Assembly (NCBI GenBank): GCA_008632985.1
Contig: QPGO01000097.1
Location: forward strand, 124,001 to 188,000
Length of the DNA: 64,000 nucleotides
DNA from: Psammoneis japonica
Lineage: Eukaryota
Direction: 5' to 3'
Shown here: piece by piece, positions 46,009 to 59,014 of the stretch
Numbering within the stretch: the first letter of the stretch is position 1
Layout of the letters: each line of letters opens with the position of its first letter
Translations under genes and position numbers: made by a program
The notes under the pieces: model-generated
The model's input: the letters and a program-made list of their open reading frames with translations, nothing else
Databases searched by the model: none
What the model was told of the DNA's origin: nothing

Positions 46009-49000
46009 CTACTTATCATTTTTCGCCATCTTACGCAGTGCTTCTGCACTCTGTTTCCCCGTTGAATCGATCAGCTCTGAGAAAACGGAATCTCGTCTGT
46101 CGAGCAAGGCAGACGGGGAATCGAATTCTGTCGAAAACGCAAGCAAAACCAAACACAGGCGATTTGCAGAAAAAAACTACATAATGAGACGTACGTAATC
46201 AACAAGAGGGCAGACTTCAATGCGCAAAGTATCGAGACCCACCTACAGCCTTCCCTTCATCCATAACGAGGACCATGTCATAGTCCATGATGGTATGTAG
46301 CCTGGATGATGCCGAAGATACAATGAGTCAGCAAGACACGAGTGTGCACAAGAAGTATTTTCGTAGCCAGAACGAGGCGTACCGTACCTGTGAGCTATGC
46401 AAATCAGAGTGACATCAGAAAACCGGGAACGCAACATTTGCTGGATGAAAGCATCAGTTTCACCATCAACGCTAGCTGTTGCCTCATCCATCACTAACAC
46501 TCTCGGCTTTGATAACAACGCCCTAGCAAGACATAAAAGTTGTCGCTCACCAACACTGAAGTTGCTGCCTCCTTCGAATATTCTTCCATCGAGAACTTTC
46601 TCTCCATTCTCTGCGTTGGCCATCCTGACAGCAACCAACGCCTCATATATATCTTTGTCAGTGGATAGACCAAAAGGATCCAAACACTCGCGCAGAGTTC
46701 CAGGGAAAAGCACTGGATCTTGCGGAATGATAGATAGCCTCGCCCTGTATTCGAGGCCCAATGTTGCCAAGTCAATACCTAGAGCATAGAAAAAAAAATA
46801 GAAAGGTCAATCAAAGAACCGGGCAGAAGTAGCTAGACAGGCCTAACGAACTGACAATGTGGCACCATACTGGCTCGGAATGTATCGTACCGTCAACTAA
46901 TGTCCTTCCGGATTCTATTTCTACAAGCCGAAAAAGAGCCACGGTCAAACTACTCTTGCCAGCACCCGTTCTCCCGACCACGCCACAGCGCTGACCAGGC
47001 AAGACCTTGAAGGAGAGCCCGCGAAGTGCAAGCGGTAGCCCGTCTCGATACCTCAAGCACACATTTTCAAATTCGATCATTCCGCTCTCAGGCCAGGATG
47101 GCTTTAGCTTGCGTTCTGGATCTGTTATCATCGACTTCTCTGTTGGAAGATCCGCCATTGATGAAACCCGCTCGACTGATGTGATAGCAGCCTCACCTTC
47201 TGATATGTGGTCAACCAAGAAGCCCAATGTGATGGTGAAATTCGAAGACCAAATGATGAGCAATGCCACAAGACCTGGTTCCAACTTCAGCGTATCATTT
47301 AGGCACGAGACGAGGACACAACACACTAAGACAACAATGGATCCCAACAGTTCAATTCGCAACCCAAGCCATCGCTGAGCTGATATAAAATTTAGCAGAG
47401 CAGAGCTATTCTTGTCAGCGGCCTCATCAAACTTCTTCACGAAATTCTGAAAGGATGTTATAAAAGAACAAATAAGCTCGACGCCATAAGCACAGTAGAT
47501 ACAATAATATTCATTTTCGCGGACACACCTCTTCCTGTCCAAATACCCTGATTGTTGAGGCTCCGTCTAGCCCTTCCGCTAGCATCGCCTGTATTGGTGA
47601 CCGTGATACCGCATCGAGCCTCTGAAGATCAGCGCCAGATCTTCGGTAGTGCATCATCAAAAGCATGTAGAGCACAGTCACCGGAACTAGGGCAAGGGTA
47701 ACCCACGGAAGGATGGATATCATGACTGCGACACTAGCAACAAACCATCCACTTGCAATCATGAGCACTGCCATCGACTCCGTCAAAGTTAGGTCTAATA
47801 CTTCAATGTCAAAAGTGAACCGGTTGAGGATGCGACCAAGAGGCGTCGTTTCAAAGAACCAAATAGGCGCCAGTAAAACCCTTGATAGAGCCAAGGAGAA
47901 AAGTTTCTTCGAGCATCTAGCTCCGCCGGTAACTGTCGGTTCAGTAGCAAGGAGGAAAGGGGGATAACTCATAAGAAGCGTGGACATCGCGATAGAAGGA
48001 AACACCCGTCGCCTCTAAGCCGTAATGCTTACCTGCCCATTCGGACCTTATGCAACAAGAAGAATGAGAAAGGACAGATGAGCTCACGAGTCTGGCGGGG
48101 GATTATCTTCGTAATACCTTCACAAAGCTTGAATAATATTACCTCAAGAATGTGGCAACGCAAGACACCAAGAGAAGGGTTGAATAAACTCTGAGATAGT
48201 CATATTGCGCAGATCTGCCTTCGGTTTGAGAGTCAAATGTGACTCCGAATACATCGATAGAGTTGTAAGCTCCTGAATATCGTTCGCGTTCAGCAAGTAC
48301 GCACGATTAGGAACTCCGAGCTGAAATTCCGGCAACAAGCAGCGAGAAAGGAAAACGAACCACCCACCTTCCGTCCACCGTGCAAGCCACCACTCTGTCG
48401 CTACGTAGGCCACCCTGTCGAGAGCCAAAAGCAACACTTGAACAAGAAAGAAGGGGAGTCCGCCAGCATGGCGAAGCCAAACAAGCCACGTTTTCAGGCT
48501 AGAAATACCATGCTCGCGCGTTTCACTAGTCATGATTTCCCCAGGGACTTTCTTGTTATCTTCTGGAGACTTCGTAGAGGAAGAATTGTCAAAACTTAGC
48601 ATTTGAGAACTATCCTGTTTAGAATTGTCTCCACCATCGCCTTCTTGCACTGACGACCGAATTGCAGAGATGATTTTCATTGTTGGCTCTGTATTACAAT
48701 GGAATTCGTTTAATTCACTCCATGTTCCAAGGAAGATGGTTTTCCCATCGTTCATAACCAAAATGTTATCGACACGGTTCAAGAAGTTTGATGCGTGAGT
48801 GACCAGGACAATCGCCGATCTTAAGAGCAAAGTGTTACCATTTGACTTGAGGAGGCGTTCAAATATGACTCGACTCGTGCTTGCATCCAAAGCAGAAAGC
48901 GGATCATCGCACAATATAACGTCTGGTTGGGCATATGCTGCTCTTGCCAGAGACACACGTTGTTTTTGACCTTGAGAGAAAAGAAAAAAGGAAATGATAA

Positions 49001-50853
49001 AGAATTCCACAGGTGAATGCATTCAAGTTTCGGGTTTATGCTGTACCTCCTGATAAAGTGACCCCACGCTCGCCTTGGACAATTCAGCGAAACGAGAAAG
49101 TTCAAAAATGCCCAGGTCAGCTACTCAACAGCACGATGAAACAGCAACTTCGTCCCGCCGACGTAGTGAACTTACCGATTTGAGTGTCATCGCCTGCCTC
49201 ACCAAGCTGCAGAATGTCTGGTCGCAAACAGCACGCGTCTAGAACCTGCTCGTATCGTTCGTTGTCGTAAGGAAGACCAAAGAGGATGTTTTCTTTTAAC
49301 GTTGCATTGAGAATGAATGGGATTTGGCTGACGTATGCGATTCTTCCATGACGAGTTACCATAGAGGGTGATGCGGGGAGAACTTCGCCGATTATGCCGT
49401 TAACCAAGGTCGACTTCCCACACCCAACGGGCCCTACCACAGCGAGAATTTGTCCTCGATCGACCGATAGGTTCACGCCGGATACCGTAAATCCCAAATG
49501 CTCGATTACGCTCAAATCGTCATCACCACTTCGATCAAGCTCTTGTCCACCCAGTTTGAACTCGCCATTAGCGACCCGCAACACTGGAACTGTTGCCTCC
49601 TTCTTCAATGCTTCTGTTGATAACCTGTCCACACTCAAATCAGTTTCCGTGGTAGAACCCCGCACCTCTCGTGTCAAGAAAGAATCCAAACGACGGGATG
49701 CCTCAAGAGCTTGAGCCGCTCTTCCAATCAGCCGTCCTGTGTAGTTGATAGGAAATCGAAGGGCACTGAAAAGTAGCAATACCGTGAAAGTTTCCGATAC
49801 AGTCAAAATGTTATTCTCGCTGACCAGTACGAAAGTAGCAAAGGTAGCTGCACTGGCAAGTACAGGTGACACGACGGTGAGAACCAACGTGGTTGCCCAT
49901 GTGAAGAGCTCTCTGCGGAGCAATTTGAGTTCACGACTTCGTATTTCCTCGATTCGATCCTGATACTTCGTTTCATAGTTGTTAAGCTTTGTCACTTTTA
50001 TTCCTTGTAGCATTGAGTTGATAGCTTCGACTCGCTCGTCCGTGACCTTTACCCTGAGATGACGCAGAGCTAGCATGCGTGAGGCAACTTTTTGCACCAA
50101 CGGAACAAATAGGAAAAGAACTATCATCCCAACAATAGTGGTCCAGCCCATAATAAGCAGAAGGAAGAGTGTGACGAGAATCATGGAAAGGGGACAGCTC
50201 CATATCAAATGTCCTTCTTGCGTTACTTCAAAAAGCTTTTGAGTGTCGATTGCGACTAGATTCGTCACTTCGCCAGAGGTCAACCCTGCTCGCCCGGCAG
50301 GAGTCAAATTGAGCGCACGACTGTACACCACACCAACCATGCAAGCCCGAAGCACAACACCACTTTTTGTTGCCAGATGGCGATGTCGGTGAGTAGCGAA
50401 CGCGTTTAGCACAGATGCCACAAAGATGAGAATGGCGTACGGCAACGCTTCGTCTACAATGGACTGACCCGGATTTTCTTCAATCACAATCAGCAACTGT
50501 CGCACCAGAAGCGGCAGTGCCACTTGACATATCACTGTGAGAAACTGGCACACCCCTGCAGGAACGAATGTTGGTGCTGCCATTCGCAAAAGCGTCTTGT
50601 TGAGATTCTTTTCTTTTCCGTAAATGGATTCAAACTTCGACACGAGATTGCCAGATTCCATCGTACGAGGTATCCTGTAGAGATCCTTCTGGCATAAGTG
50701 AGTCCCATCGCTAAAGCGCTGCTTGCTACCCTTTCGCAATATCCTACTCATGAAGGCGAATGTCCACCTTTGATACGCTAGAGCAAACCATGTCGAATCC
50801 TCGGTACGTTCCTCCGGCCATGAGAGAGTTGAACCAATGTCGTGGTTTTCCAT
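46009..50853 (-). CDS. ABCC/MRP-type full ABC transporter, multi-exon
   Basis: TMD1; NBD1 [33 protein letters not shown]2 [17 protein letters not shown]2 [34 protein letters not shown]. Confidence 0.93.
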
Positions 50854-51383
50854 GGACTCCTCACGGCTACTCGTAGACTGCAGAATACACATGTTATGAA
50901 CCTCTGAACACACAAAAGAAAGGAGGAATCGGTCAATCGCAAATTTCTAAACGCGCAGGCGGAAAGGAGTCCTAAACTCACAACAGGAACGAGTCAGCGT
51001 CATCTTTTCTTCAATTTGTGGGTAAGCTTACCGGTGTGGAACGTGGAACAACAAGGAATTGGCGAATGCCGCAAGTGGCGCGTGGCGCGAGAAATGCGGC
51101 CTCCACTGACGACCGACTAGCTCTAGAGAGTACTGTAGAGAGGTGGAAGGAAGTATTGTATGTATTTACAAGTATGTATGTACTTCTATGTAGCCTGTCA
51201 GCGTAACTCGTACGTATCACATTTTGCAGAACCTGTTCAGGGGTGGAAATGTGGCGGTGGCGGGAAACCTACTACTCTAGCTAGCTACTTTAGCTGTGTC
51301 AGCGCCTAAAGAAAATCCAAGCCGGCGATGTTGACCCGATGCCTGATAGATTAATATTGTCAGTCGGGGCCTGCATCTTCAGC

Positions 51384-52310
51384 ATGGCGTACTTTACTCT
51401 GAACTGTCGCATTCTTTATGTTTTGCTATTGCTATTCACAGAAGCTGTTGGTTTTCTACCGCAACGAGTTACGTCGTCGCGGAAAAGTGCCGATCGTTTT
51501 ACTTTTGGAGCTAATTGGGACTTGTCGGCGTCTCGGTCGATTTGTATTTTTGAACCGTCTGACTATACAGGTGAATGGCCGTACACCAAATCCGACTTGG
51601 CGAGGGTCGATAGCTCAGAAGACAAATACTTTTACGACAGCCCAAAGTTTGTCACGCATATAGATGACCGTGCAATCGAGTCGTTGACCGCTTACTACAA
51701 ACAAGAGCTGGACGGTGTAGCACTACAAAAGAATGGGAACATCGACTTGCTAGATTTGTGTTCCAGTTGGGTGTCTCATTTACCAAAGGACGTTTCTTTT
51801 GGAAAAGTAGTGGGAGTAGGAATGAATGAAGAAGAGCTGGCTGCGAATCCACAGCTGACGGAATACTACGTTCAAGACTTGAACATCCAGCCCGATTTAT
51901 CTCGTTTCGAGGATAATAGCTTTGACGCTGTTTGCTGTGTTGTTAGCGTGGATTATCTAACTAGCCCACTCGAAATTTTCAAAGAAATTCACCGTGTCCT
52001 AAGACCCGAGGGCGTTGCTTTGATGTCTTTTTCTAATCGATGTTTTCCTACCAAGGCTGTGGCTATGTGGCTTCAAGCAGATGATATTGGAAGGATGGCA
52101 ATCGTTGGATCTTACTTTCATTACTCCGCGTCGTGGAAGAGCGTCGAAGCGTTGGATATCAAGTTGCCTCCAATCAAAACACCGGAGCGACCTTCCTTCA
52201 AGGAAATGTTTAACAATCCAAGTGCAGGTTTCTCGTGGATGAACACTGCAGCCTCCGTTGCTAAGACTAACAACGGGGATCCCATGTATGTTGTTAAAGG
52301 GGTCAAGTAA
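51384..52310 (+). CDS. SAM-dependent methyltransferase (class I), probably plastid-targeted
   Basis: FYDSPKFVTHIDD, LDLCSSWVSHLP, GMNEEELAANP, FDAVCCVVSVDYL, SFSNRCFPTKA; presequence AVG-F. Confidence 0.88.
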   Translation: MAYFTLNCRILYVLLLLFTEAVGFLPQRVTSSRKSADRFTFGANWDLSASRSICIFEPSDYTGEWPYTKSDLARVDSSEDKYFYDSPKFVTHIDDRAIESLTAYYKQELDGVALQKNGNIDLLDLCSSWVSHLPKDVSFGKVVGVGMNEEELAANPQLTEYYVQDLNIQPDLSRFEDNSFDAVCCVVSVDYLTSPLEIFKEIHRVLRPEGVALMSFSNRCFPTKAVAMWLQADDIGRMAIVGSYFHYSASWKSVEALDIKLPPIKTPERPSFKEMFNNPSAGFSWMNTAASVAKTNNGDPMYVVKGVK

Positions 52311-52436
52311 GAACTCTGACATCAGCAGTAAGCAGAACGACTAGTAATGCTAACTATCGCTTCTAATATTTTTTGAACTGAACTTTCTTGTCACCATTCG
52401 CTGACGATGAGTATTGGCGGTACTTTTGGGCGTCAC

Positions 52437-53877
52437 TCACAGTCCCTCCAACTCACGTGCCGTGCTGAGAAACGATCCGTCGCTAATCGCCGCTTTCAGT
52501 GCCCCACGAATCGGAATGCGGACGGATTGGGAATCACTCTCTCGCGAAACAAAGACGGGTACAGCTCCATAAATTAGGTATCTACTCGAACCTGCAGAAG
52601 AAAAGAAAGAGTCTGTCGCGGAAAAAGAGAAAAGAGTTGTGAGGTCGCGAAAACCGCCATCCCACTGGTCACAAAACCAATGTACGAACCATCTTTTTTC
52701 ACTGCAGTCACCAACGGCGGAAATGCAGGGTCGTAACTGATGACCTGCCCAACACTCGACGAAAGAGTCTTCTTCACAATGATCTCCATCGCCCTTGTGT
52801 ATTTCGTCAGCGACGATTGTAGGTCTGTCGCGTTAGAGACTAGACCAAAGGTGAATTCTACGTCAACGCGACCAGTTTCCAGTCCGTTGAGTTGAGATTG
52901 TTGCTGCGTGTCCGTAATACCTTCGTTTGGATTAGCTGCAGGAATAACGCTTTCTTCTGGGGCGCTGACTTCTACCCAGTCATCATTAGTCGGATCGTTG
53001 GTGGCGGGTACTATATGCTCGGTCACCATCTCTTGCACTGGTTCGTCAAGGCGAAATGCTTCCTTCTGGTGCTGTTCAGGTTCATGCGTTGTTACGATGG
53101 GGGCTAGGACCTCATTCACTATTGGCGTTGGCTTCTCCACAGAAATGGGCTCTTCCATGACAAGCTCTGGCTTTTCTTGCTCTGCATTGAGCAGATCGGT
53201 ACGAACGGCTTCCTCCGCCAACTGTACAGGTTCGTGTGAAGCTACAGGGGCAACATCACTCGGTAATGGGGCTAGCTTTTCCATAGAAAACGGCTCTTCT
53301 GCGACAGGCTGAGAATTATTTGGCTTTGCACTGAACGCATCCGCCATTGCAGCAACATTTCCCGATTCGATAGTCACACCGGTTCCAGCGACTGATGCAA
53401 CTGCGTCTGCTGGACCGGTCTCTGACGTTGTTGCGTCCGCCGACTTTTGGTTTGGATCAACCGGTGCTCGATAGTTATGTAATAGACGTTCGGCATTCAG
53501 TTTGTTTTGACGGTCTTGTTCCCGCATTGCTGCCAGTTTCGTATCACTCTCCTTGAGATCACTGCCCTTGTATCCATGCAAAATTTGCGCCGACGCATTC
53601 TTGTTCCTCCTTTCCATCTCCTTCAGCTCTCGTTGACGCATTTGCCAATCCTGCAAATTCTTAGGAGGCGCCGCAGCTTGGTCTGTGAATTACGAGAGAA
53701 AAGACAACAGCCGATCAATCAATCAATCAATACTTGGTAGAGGTTGGAGCACCGCAATTGCATCATTGGACGAAACGATCTTAGGATCTTACCGAGTTTC
53801 TGCCACGAGCTTCGAATGTCTTCTATTCCTGGCTCACTGACCGAAGCACTTTTCTGAGCTGATGAATCGTCTGCCAT
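52437..53877 (-). CDS. Hypothetical protein, 3 exons, acidic/Pro-rich middle
   Basis: 360-aa ORF plus spliceable flanking exons with GT-AG sites. Confidence 0.65.
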
Positions 53878-54340
53878 TGTTGATTTCAGAGATCTTCTCG
53901 ACTGTCCTGTCTATCCAGACCTATTGAGCGAGAAAATGCAAACTCGATGAGTCGTCAGCACGCACACAGCGGTCATTCGTTGGGCTTTTTGTGCTCGCGT
54001 CGGTTGAATTTTGCGTTTTCAGTTTTGCTCCTGTTTCCCGCGCATTCCATCGGATGATGCGTTCCAAGGATGCGCGAATCTTTCGCGAGGTCAGCCAAAC
54101 TCACAAAGCAAACACCACATTCAACATTCGACATGCATCCAGAATCAACCTGAAACCACAGATAGAGTCTCTAAAGTAAGGCCTAATAGAGGCGAGCAAC
54201 ACGCAACAAGCTGGAAGCTGAGAAAGCGACAACACGAAGAAATCACCATCAATCTTGACGAAACATACAAAGCATAGATCGACCTCTACACAATTCATAA
54301 CCCAGCATCACCATCAGCTTCGATACACCTTACTATAACC

Positions 54341-56203
54341 ATGAACAGCAAGACGCTGACAATTGAATCTGCACAGGTGATTCGACTGATTGAAGCGCAT
54401 CTGACAGAATGTGGATTACATGAAGCATGTAGAGTCTTGAGACAGGAAAGCGGCGTCGCGGGGGCAGGGGCGAGTCACTCCAATTTCCTTTCGTGGAGCA
54501 AGTCGGGCCAGTGGGGAGACATCTTGGACAGCTTGGCTGGGATTGACGCCAAGTACATCAAAGGAAACAAAAAGGCGCTGTTGGCAGAAGTACACGAAGT
54601 GATGATTCTAGAGTTGGGGCAAGTGGGTGAAGTGGAATTAGCATATGCTTCGCTTCGGTTGGTGCAAGACTTGCTTGACGATGATTGGCAGACACGGAAG
54701 AAGCGCGCTAGTGGTCATGAAGGGGCAGCAATGATTCCTCCATCGCGTGACATTGAACAGAAGCTAGCGGCCCTTGCTGCGAGCAATAAACCAGGGATTC
54801 CTCCCGATTATTACGGGGAAGGCGTCTCCCTACAAGATCGCCGCATTCAAGTTGGAGAACTGTTGGCAGATTGTATACCGCTCGTTCCTCATTCGCGCTT
54901 GACGAGTTTGCTACAACAAGCCGTGAAGTGGCAAGCACATACCGGAGAGATACCTTACGTTAAGCAACTATGGGAGGAGGAAGAAGAGCAAGATAGCGGC
55001 AAGGATAAACGCACGCGGAAACGCAAACATTTTGACTTGGTTCTAGGTGAAGCGTCAGCTGAAACGACTCTTGTCGGAGAAAGTAATGTTAAAGAGGATG
55101 ACATGCACGCCAAAGCAGAATCGGTTCCCTCTGGCGTCTATTCTACTATCAAGTTTGGGAAAAAGGCAACTGCGGAGAGTGCCCTGTTCTTGCCAGATGG
55201 ATCTCTTGTTACTGGATCGTCGGATGGATTGGTGGAGATTTGGGATCCCGCACAGCGGTATTCAAAGTTACGCACAGATTTAGAATACCAAGAACGAGAA
55301 GAATTAATCTACCATGACAGCTCTTCCATTCTTGCGTTGGCAGTGTCCAACGACGCGTCACTCCTTGCCACTGGCGATAGCAAGGGATGCATCAAGGTAT
55401 GGCGAGTGGACACGACAGGTCAATGTTTGCGAGAGTTTCCTCAGGCTCATGAAAAAGCGATATCATGTTTAGCCTTTTCCTCTAATGGATCTCGCGTTCT
55501 TTCCTCGAGTCACGACTTTACTTGTCGAGAGTATGGTCTAAGGACTGCGCGCCTCATGAAAGAGTTCCGAGGACACACATCTTATGTCAACTCGTGCCAG
55601 TACATGGTAGTATCGCATCCAAATGAAGAGGGGGGCGAAGATGCAACAAATTTGCTGGTCTTAAGCGGTTCCTCGGATGGCACGGTTCGCATTTGGGACG
55701 GAAAATCGAGTGAGGTCTTGCACGTGCTGCAACCCTCCAAGTCAACAATTGTTGGATCATCTATCTTAGTCAGCCATGACCAGACAGGAGGTGTTGTATC
55801 ACCAGACAGTGTGGAAAGTATCCACACAGTGCTGGCACTTCACACACCCGCAGATGCACTGTTGATTGTACCCCGCGGTTCAAAGGCATACTTGGCAACC
55901 CCAACAGGTAGAATTCTGATTACCTTCGATGGTGAAGAGACAAATGACTTTGTGATGGCCACGGTGAGCCCATCCAACGCTTGGTTCTACGCGGTGACGA
56001 TGCAGGGCGATTGTCACGTCTATGCCGTCGCAACCGGAAAATTAAAACACACGCTGCGGGATTTTGCGGGGAAAAGCATGGGCAAGAGCACTTCAACGAA
56101 ACGGGAAATCTCGGGCTTGATCCACCATCCTCACAGGGGTATACTGGGTGGATTCAGTAATGACAAGAGTCAGAAACGCGGCCTTTTAACGCTATGGAAA
56201 TAG
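54341..56203 (+). CDS. SMU1: WD40 splicing factor SMU1-like (LisH/CTLH + WD40)
   Basis: IESAQVIRLI, VPHSRLTSLLQQAVKWQ, IKFGKK, LVTGSSDGLVEIWD, LRTDLEYQ, KEFRGHTSYVN, IHHPHR. Confidence 0.88.
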   Translation: MNSKTLTIESAQVIRLIEAHLTECGLHEACRVLRQESGVAGAGASHSNFLSWSKSGQWGDILDSLAGIDAKYIKGNKKALLAEVHEVMILELGQVGEVELAYASLRLVQDLLDDDWQTRKKRASGHEGAAMIPPSRDIEQKLAALAASNKPGIPPDYYGEGVSLQDRRIQVGELLADCIPLVPHSRLTSLLQQAVKWQAHTGEIPYVKQLWEEEEEQDSGKDKRTRKRKHFDLVLGEASAETTLVGESNVKEDDMHAKAESVPSGVYSTIKFGKKATAESALFLPDGSLVTGSSDGLVEIWDPAQRYSKLRTDLEYQEREELIYHDSSSILALAVSNDASLLATGDSKGCIKVWRVDTTGQCLREFPQAHEKAISCLAFSSNGSRVLSSSHDFTCREYGLRTARLMKEFRGHTSYVNSCQYMVVSHPNEEGGEDATNLLVLSGSSDGTVRIWDGKSSEVLHVLQPSKSTIVGSSILVSHDQTGGVVSPDSVESIHTVLALHTPADALLIVPRGSKAYLATPTGRILITFDGEETNDFVMATVSPSNAWFYAVTMQGDCHVYAVATGKLKHTLRDFAGKSMGKSTSTKREISGLIHHPHRGILGGFSNDKSQKRGLLTLWK

Positions 56204-56471
56204 TTTCAGTGTTGGAGCGAGCAGTTATGTGACAGCGACTCCTCATGCACCACTACCTTTACTCAAGGACTTGACGAACGAATCATTTGCAAGATCGTGT
56301 AGGAAAAATCATTGGAAAAATTGAGATATGAGAAATGTGTTTCTACTGTAGGGCCAATAATGGTTGCGGCGGGGTCGTCACTCAAGGAAAGGTGCAACAA
56401 ACAAGCAAGAAAGGAGGTGTCAATCCGTTAAGTAAGTAGAGATTATCAGTCATGTATCTTGATGACAGAGT

Positions 56472-58508
56472 TTATTCTATTCTATGCAGCTGTCGTTCAA
56501 AATCATCCCATTCGTTTGCAATCAGGTACCGTAATTCCTTCAAGCACCTATTGATCATCCGACGGACCTTGTCTGGTTTCAGGCCTACCAGCTTACTGAC
56601 TTCTGCAATTGTGAGTGGACCGGATACACCAGGAGGTACGGCGTCCTCATCCATCAAACCAAATCGAAGCAGCAGCATTTCTACCTCGTCCGGACTTAAG
56701 TGACGATTTAGGGTCTCAATAAGATCCTCTCGCAAAAAAAACTGCTGTACCTTGTCGTAGTCGCCATTATCAGTTCGACTGTCTACGAGTTCATACATGG
56801 TGTTCTTTTTGTCCTCACCACTGTTGGGTTGCAGCCTGTTTCTGACTCCTGCGTCTAACGAGTAGCAACGCTGCGCCATTGCCGCTTTGCACCGATCAAG
56901 CTGCTGTTCTGACATTCCAACTGCATCTCCAAGCTCTTTTTTTGTCGGACGCCGTCCCAGAGAAGTTCTCAGCTCGTTCTCGACACGTAACACGCGCTTG
57001 TGGTTCTCATGAAGTCTCTGGGGTACGGCGATGACCCGTGACTGCATTATATGAGACCTTTTCACCGCGGCACGGATCCAATACATTGCATACGTTGAAA
57101 ATCGAAAGCCTCTTTCCGGTTCGAACTTCTCAGCAGCTCGAATTAAAGCCTGTCGCAAGTAGAAAGAGAGAGTTGAAATGGGTCAGAGTTGGTCACTTGC
57201 AAGATACGGCAAACAGCTCCGCCGCGTTGTCGATGCTTACTATTATGCCCTCTTGCATCATGTCTCCTGCATTGTATTGACCACCCAATCCATTCCGAAT
57301 GTAAATATTGACTACTCCTTGTACCATCCGGAGATTTGAGGTGACAAGGCGGTCTTTTGCTTCCATCCCGTCTTCGATTGCCTGCCTGATTGACTCCATG
57401 TTTATTTTACCGGCCGCGGCACACCACTCTTCATCAGTGGGCTCTCGCTCAAGCTTTTCTTCCAAATTCTCATAGAGGCTTTGAAGGCGCATCGCCTCCT
57501 GAGTTTTGGTTCCTAAAACCTTTTCGTCGGAAGGTGTTATCCTATCGACCTGTGCTCGCAAAAACAAACGATACCCGATCATAAGCATGCGCACCGCTAA
57601 CCTCAGCCGGGAGATCATCCACAACGCCGACTTACCATGTGAATTTCATTAGCAAACTGCACCAAGCTATCGGGGACCGATGCACTGGTCTTGTACATGG
57701 TTTCTCCGTTCAATTTCTTCCTCTTCTTCTTTGCCTCTGTATCGTTCAGTACCTTAGCCATATTCTTCCCCGTTCGTTTCTCTACCAGTTTTAATCCATC
57801 TCTGAATGCACGCTGTTTCCCAGTCATGTGCCGATGGGAAAACCCTGGCATCGTAGAGGAGCGGCTTTTTCTCGCTACTGGTGTATGTTTAATCTTGTCG
57901 CTTTCGACGGAGGCGGCAGCGGATGGCTTACCCATTCCCTTAGTTGAGGAGCTTGTCAAACCTTGGGATTGGATTTTCGTCACTGCATCACTGGGCTCTC
58001 CTGATGGCAAGCGCCGTGAACTCGATTCCGAACTTGCGTCTGCGGAGCCTACTAAGCTCCGCCCTTTCACGTCGTGTTTCTTTTTGCGAGGCGGCAACGA
58101 TGATGTTGGTTGTGTCGCCACGTCAACGTGATCCCCAACGAAAAAATCTTCCACGCTAGACGACACAACGTACAAATTCTCCAACGATTCCAACGATTCT
58201 GATAAACTAGCAGCTTTCTTGCGTCTACGCGGTTTGCCGCTAAGTTCTATCAACAGCATATCCGGATCTGTCACTGTCCACCGTCTCGTTGGAGTATTCG
58301 TTGTTCGAACCTGTTGCGATGGGCGACAACGCGGCGAAACGGGTCGAGGGGGTGGATGAACATATGAAACTTGGAAGGCTGCCCCAGGGGATAGACATAC
58401 CGCCAATATCGCTACCGCCAGTTTCCATCTCTGTGAATAATTCTTTCCTGCCACTAAACCATGTTTTCCATACCGCGACTCGGTGCAACATACTCTTGTT
58501 TGACTCAT
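56472..58508 (-). CDS. Nuclear-encoded plastid sigma-70 factor, 3 exons
   Basis: LVTSNLRMVQGVV, DMMQEG, LIRAAEKFEPERGFRFSTYAMYWIR, region 3 LGRRPT, region 4 HTH; presequence GAA-F. Confidence 0.92.
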
Positions 58509-58847
58509 GGGCTTCTCGTTTCGCAGTCAACGTGGGCAACAGTTAAAATAATCCAGCAGTGCACGGGGACGAAGTGGTTCGTCGTACAAAATATCTTCTC
58601 TCTTCCTCGTTTGATAGGGCAGGTGATCTCTACGGTGTATTTAAGAGATGAAGAAGGATGAAAAGCAGGACGGAAGTGCTGATTCAGAGACGTGGATGAC
58701 GATCGAAACGCACCCACACGCATGTGCGTGCAAAATGTGGTGGACATCATGCGACGCACAAAAATTGTGGTGACGTGGAGATGCATTGACGAATAATAAT
58801 ATTCATATCATATTTTTTGATGAAATTAATAATGCAGTATGGTGCTA

Positions 58848-58981
58848 TTGCTGTTTGAGGGAAAAATGTCACAGGGTTCGAGAGAGAGAGGTGTTTCTCT
58901 TTTTTTTTTTTTTTCTTCGACAACAACCTTCCGGGTTCCTCTCAATAGTCACGTAGAATCGTACACAAAATAAGTGCTAGA
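58848..58981 (+). repeat. Left TIR
   Basis: Reverse complement of 62715-62849, including (ga)n and poly-T tracts. Confidence 0.95.
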
Positions 58982-59014
58982 TTTTGAGAAACAGCCACCA
59001 CAAGATCAGAAACA

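Noticed and set aside
56472..58508. Bacterial contamination or recent HGT (sigma-70, FabF, NhaD)
   Set aside because: These genes have spliceosomal introns and plastid presequences; they are normal nuclear-encoded plastid proteins.
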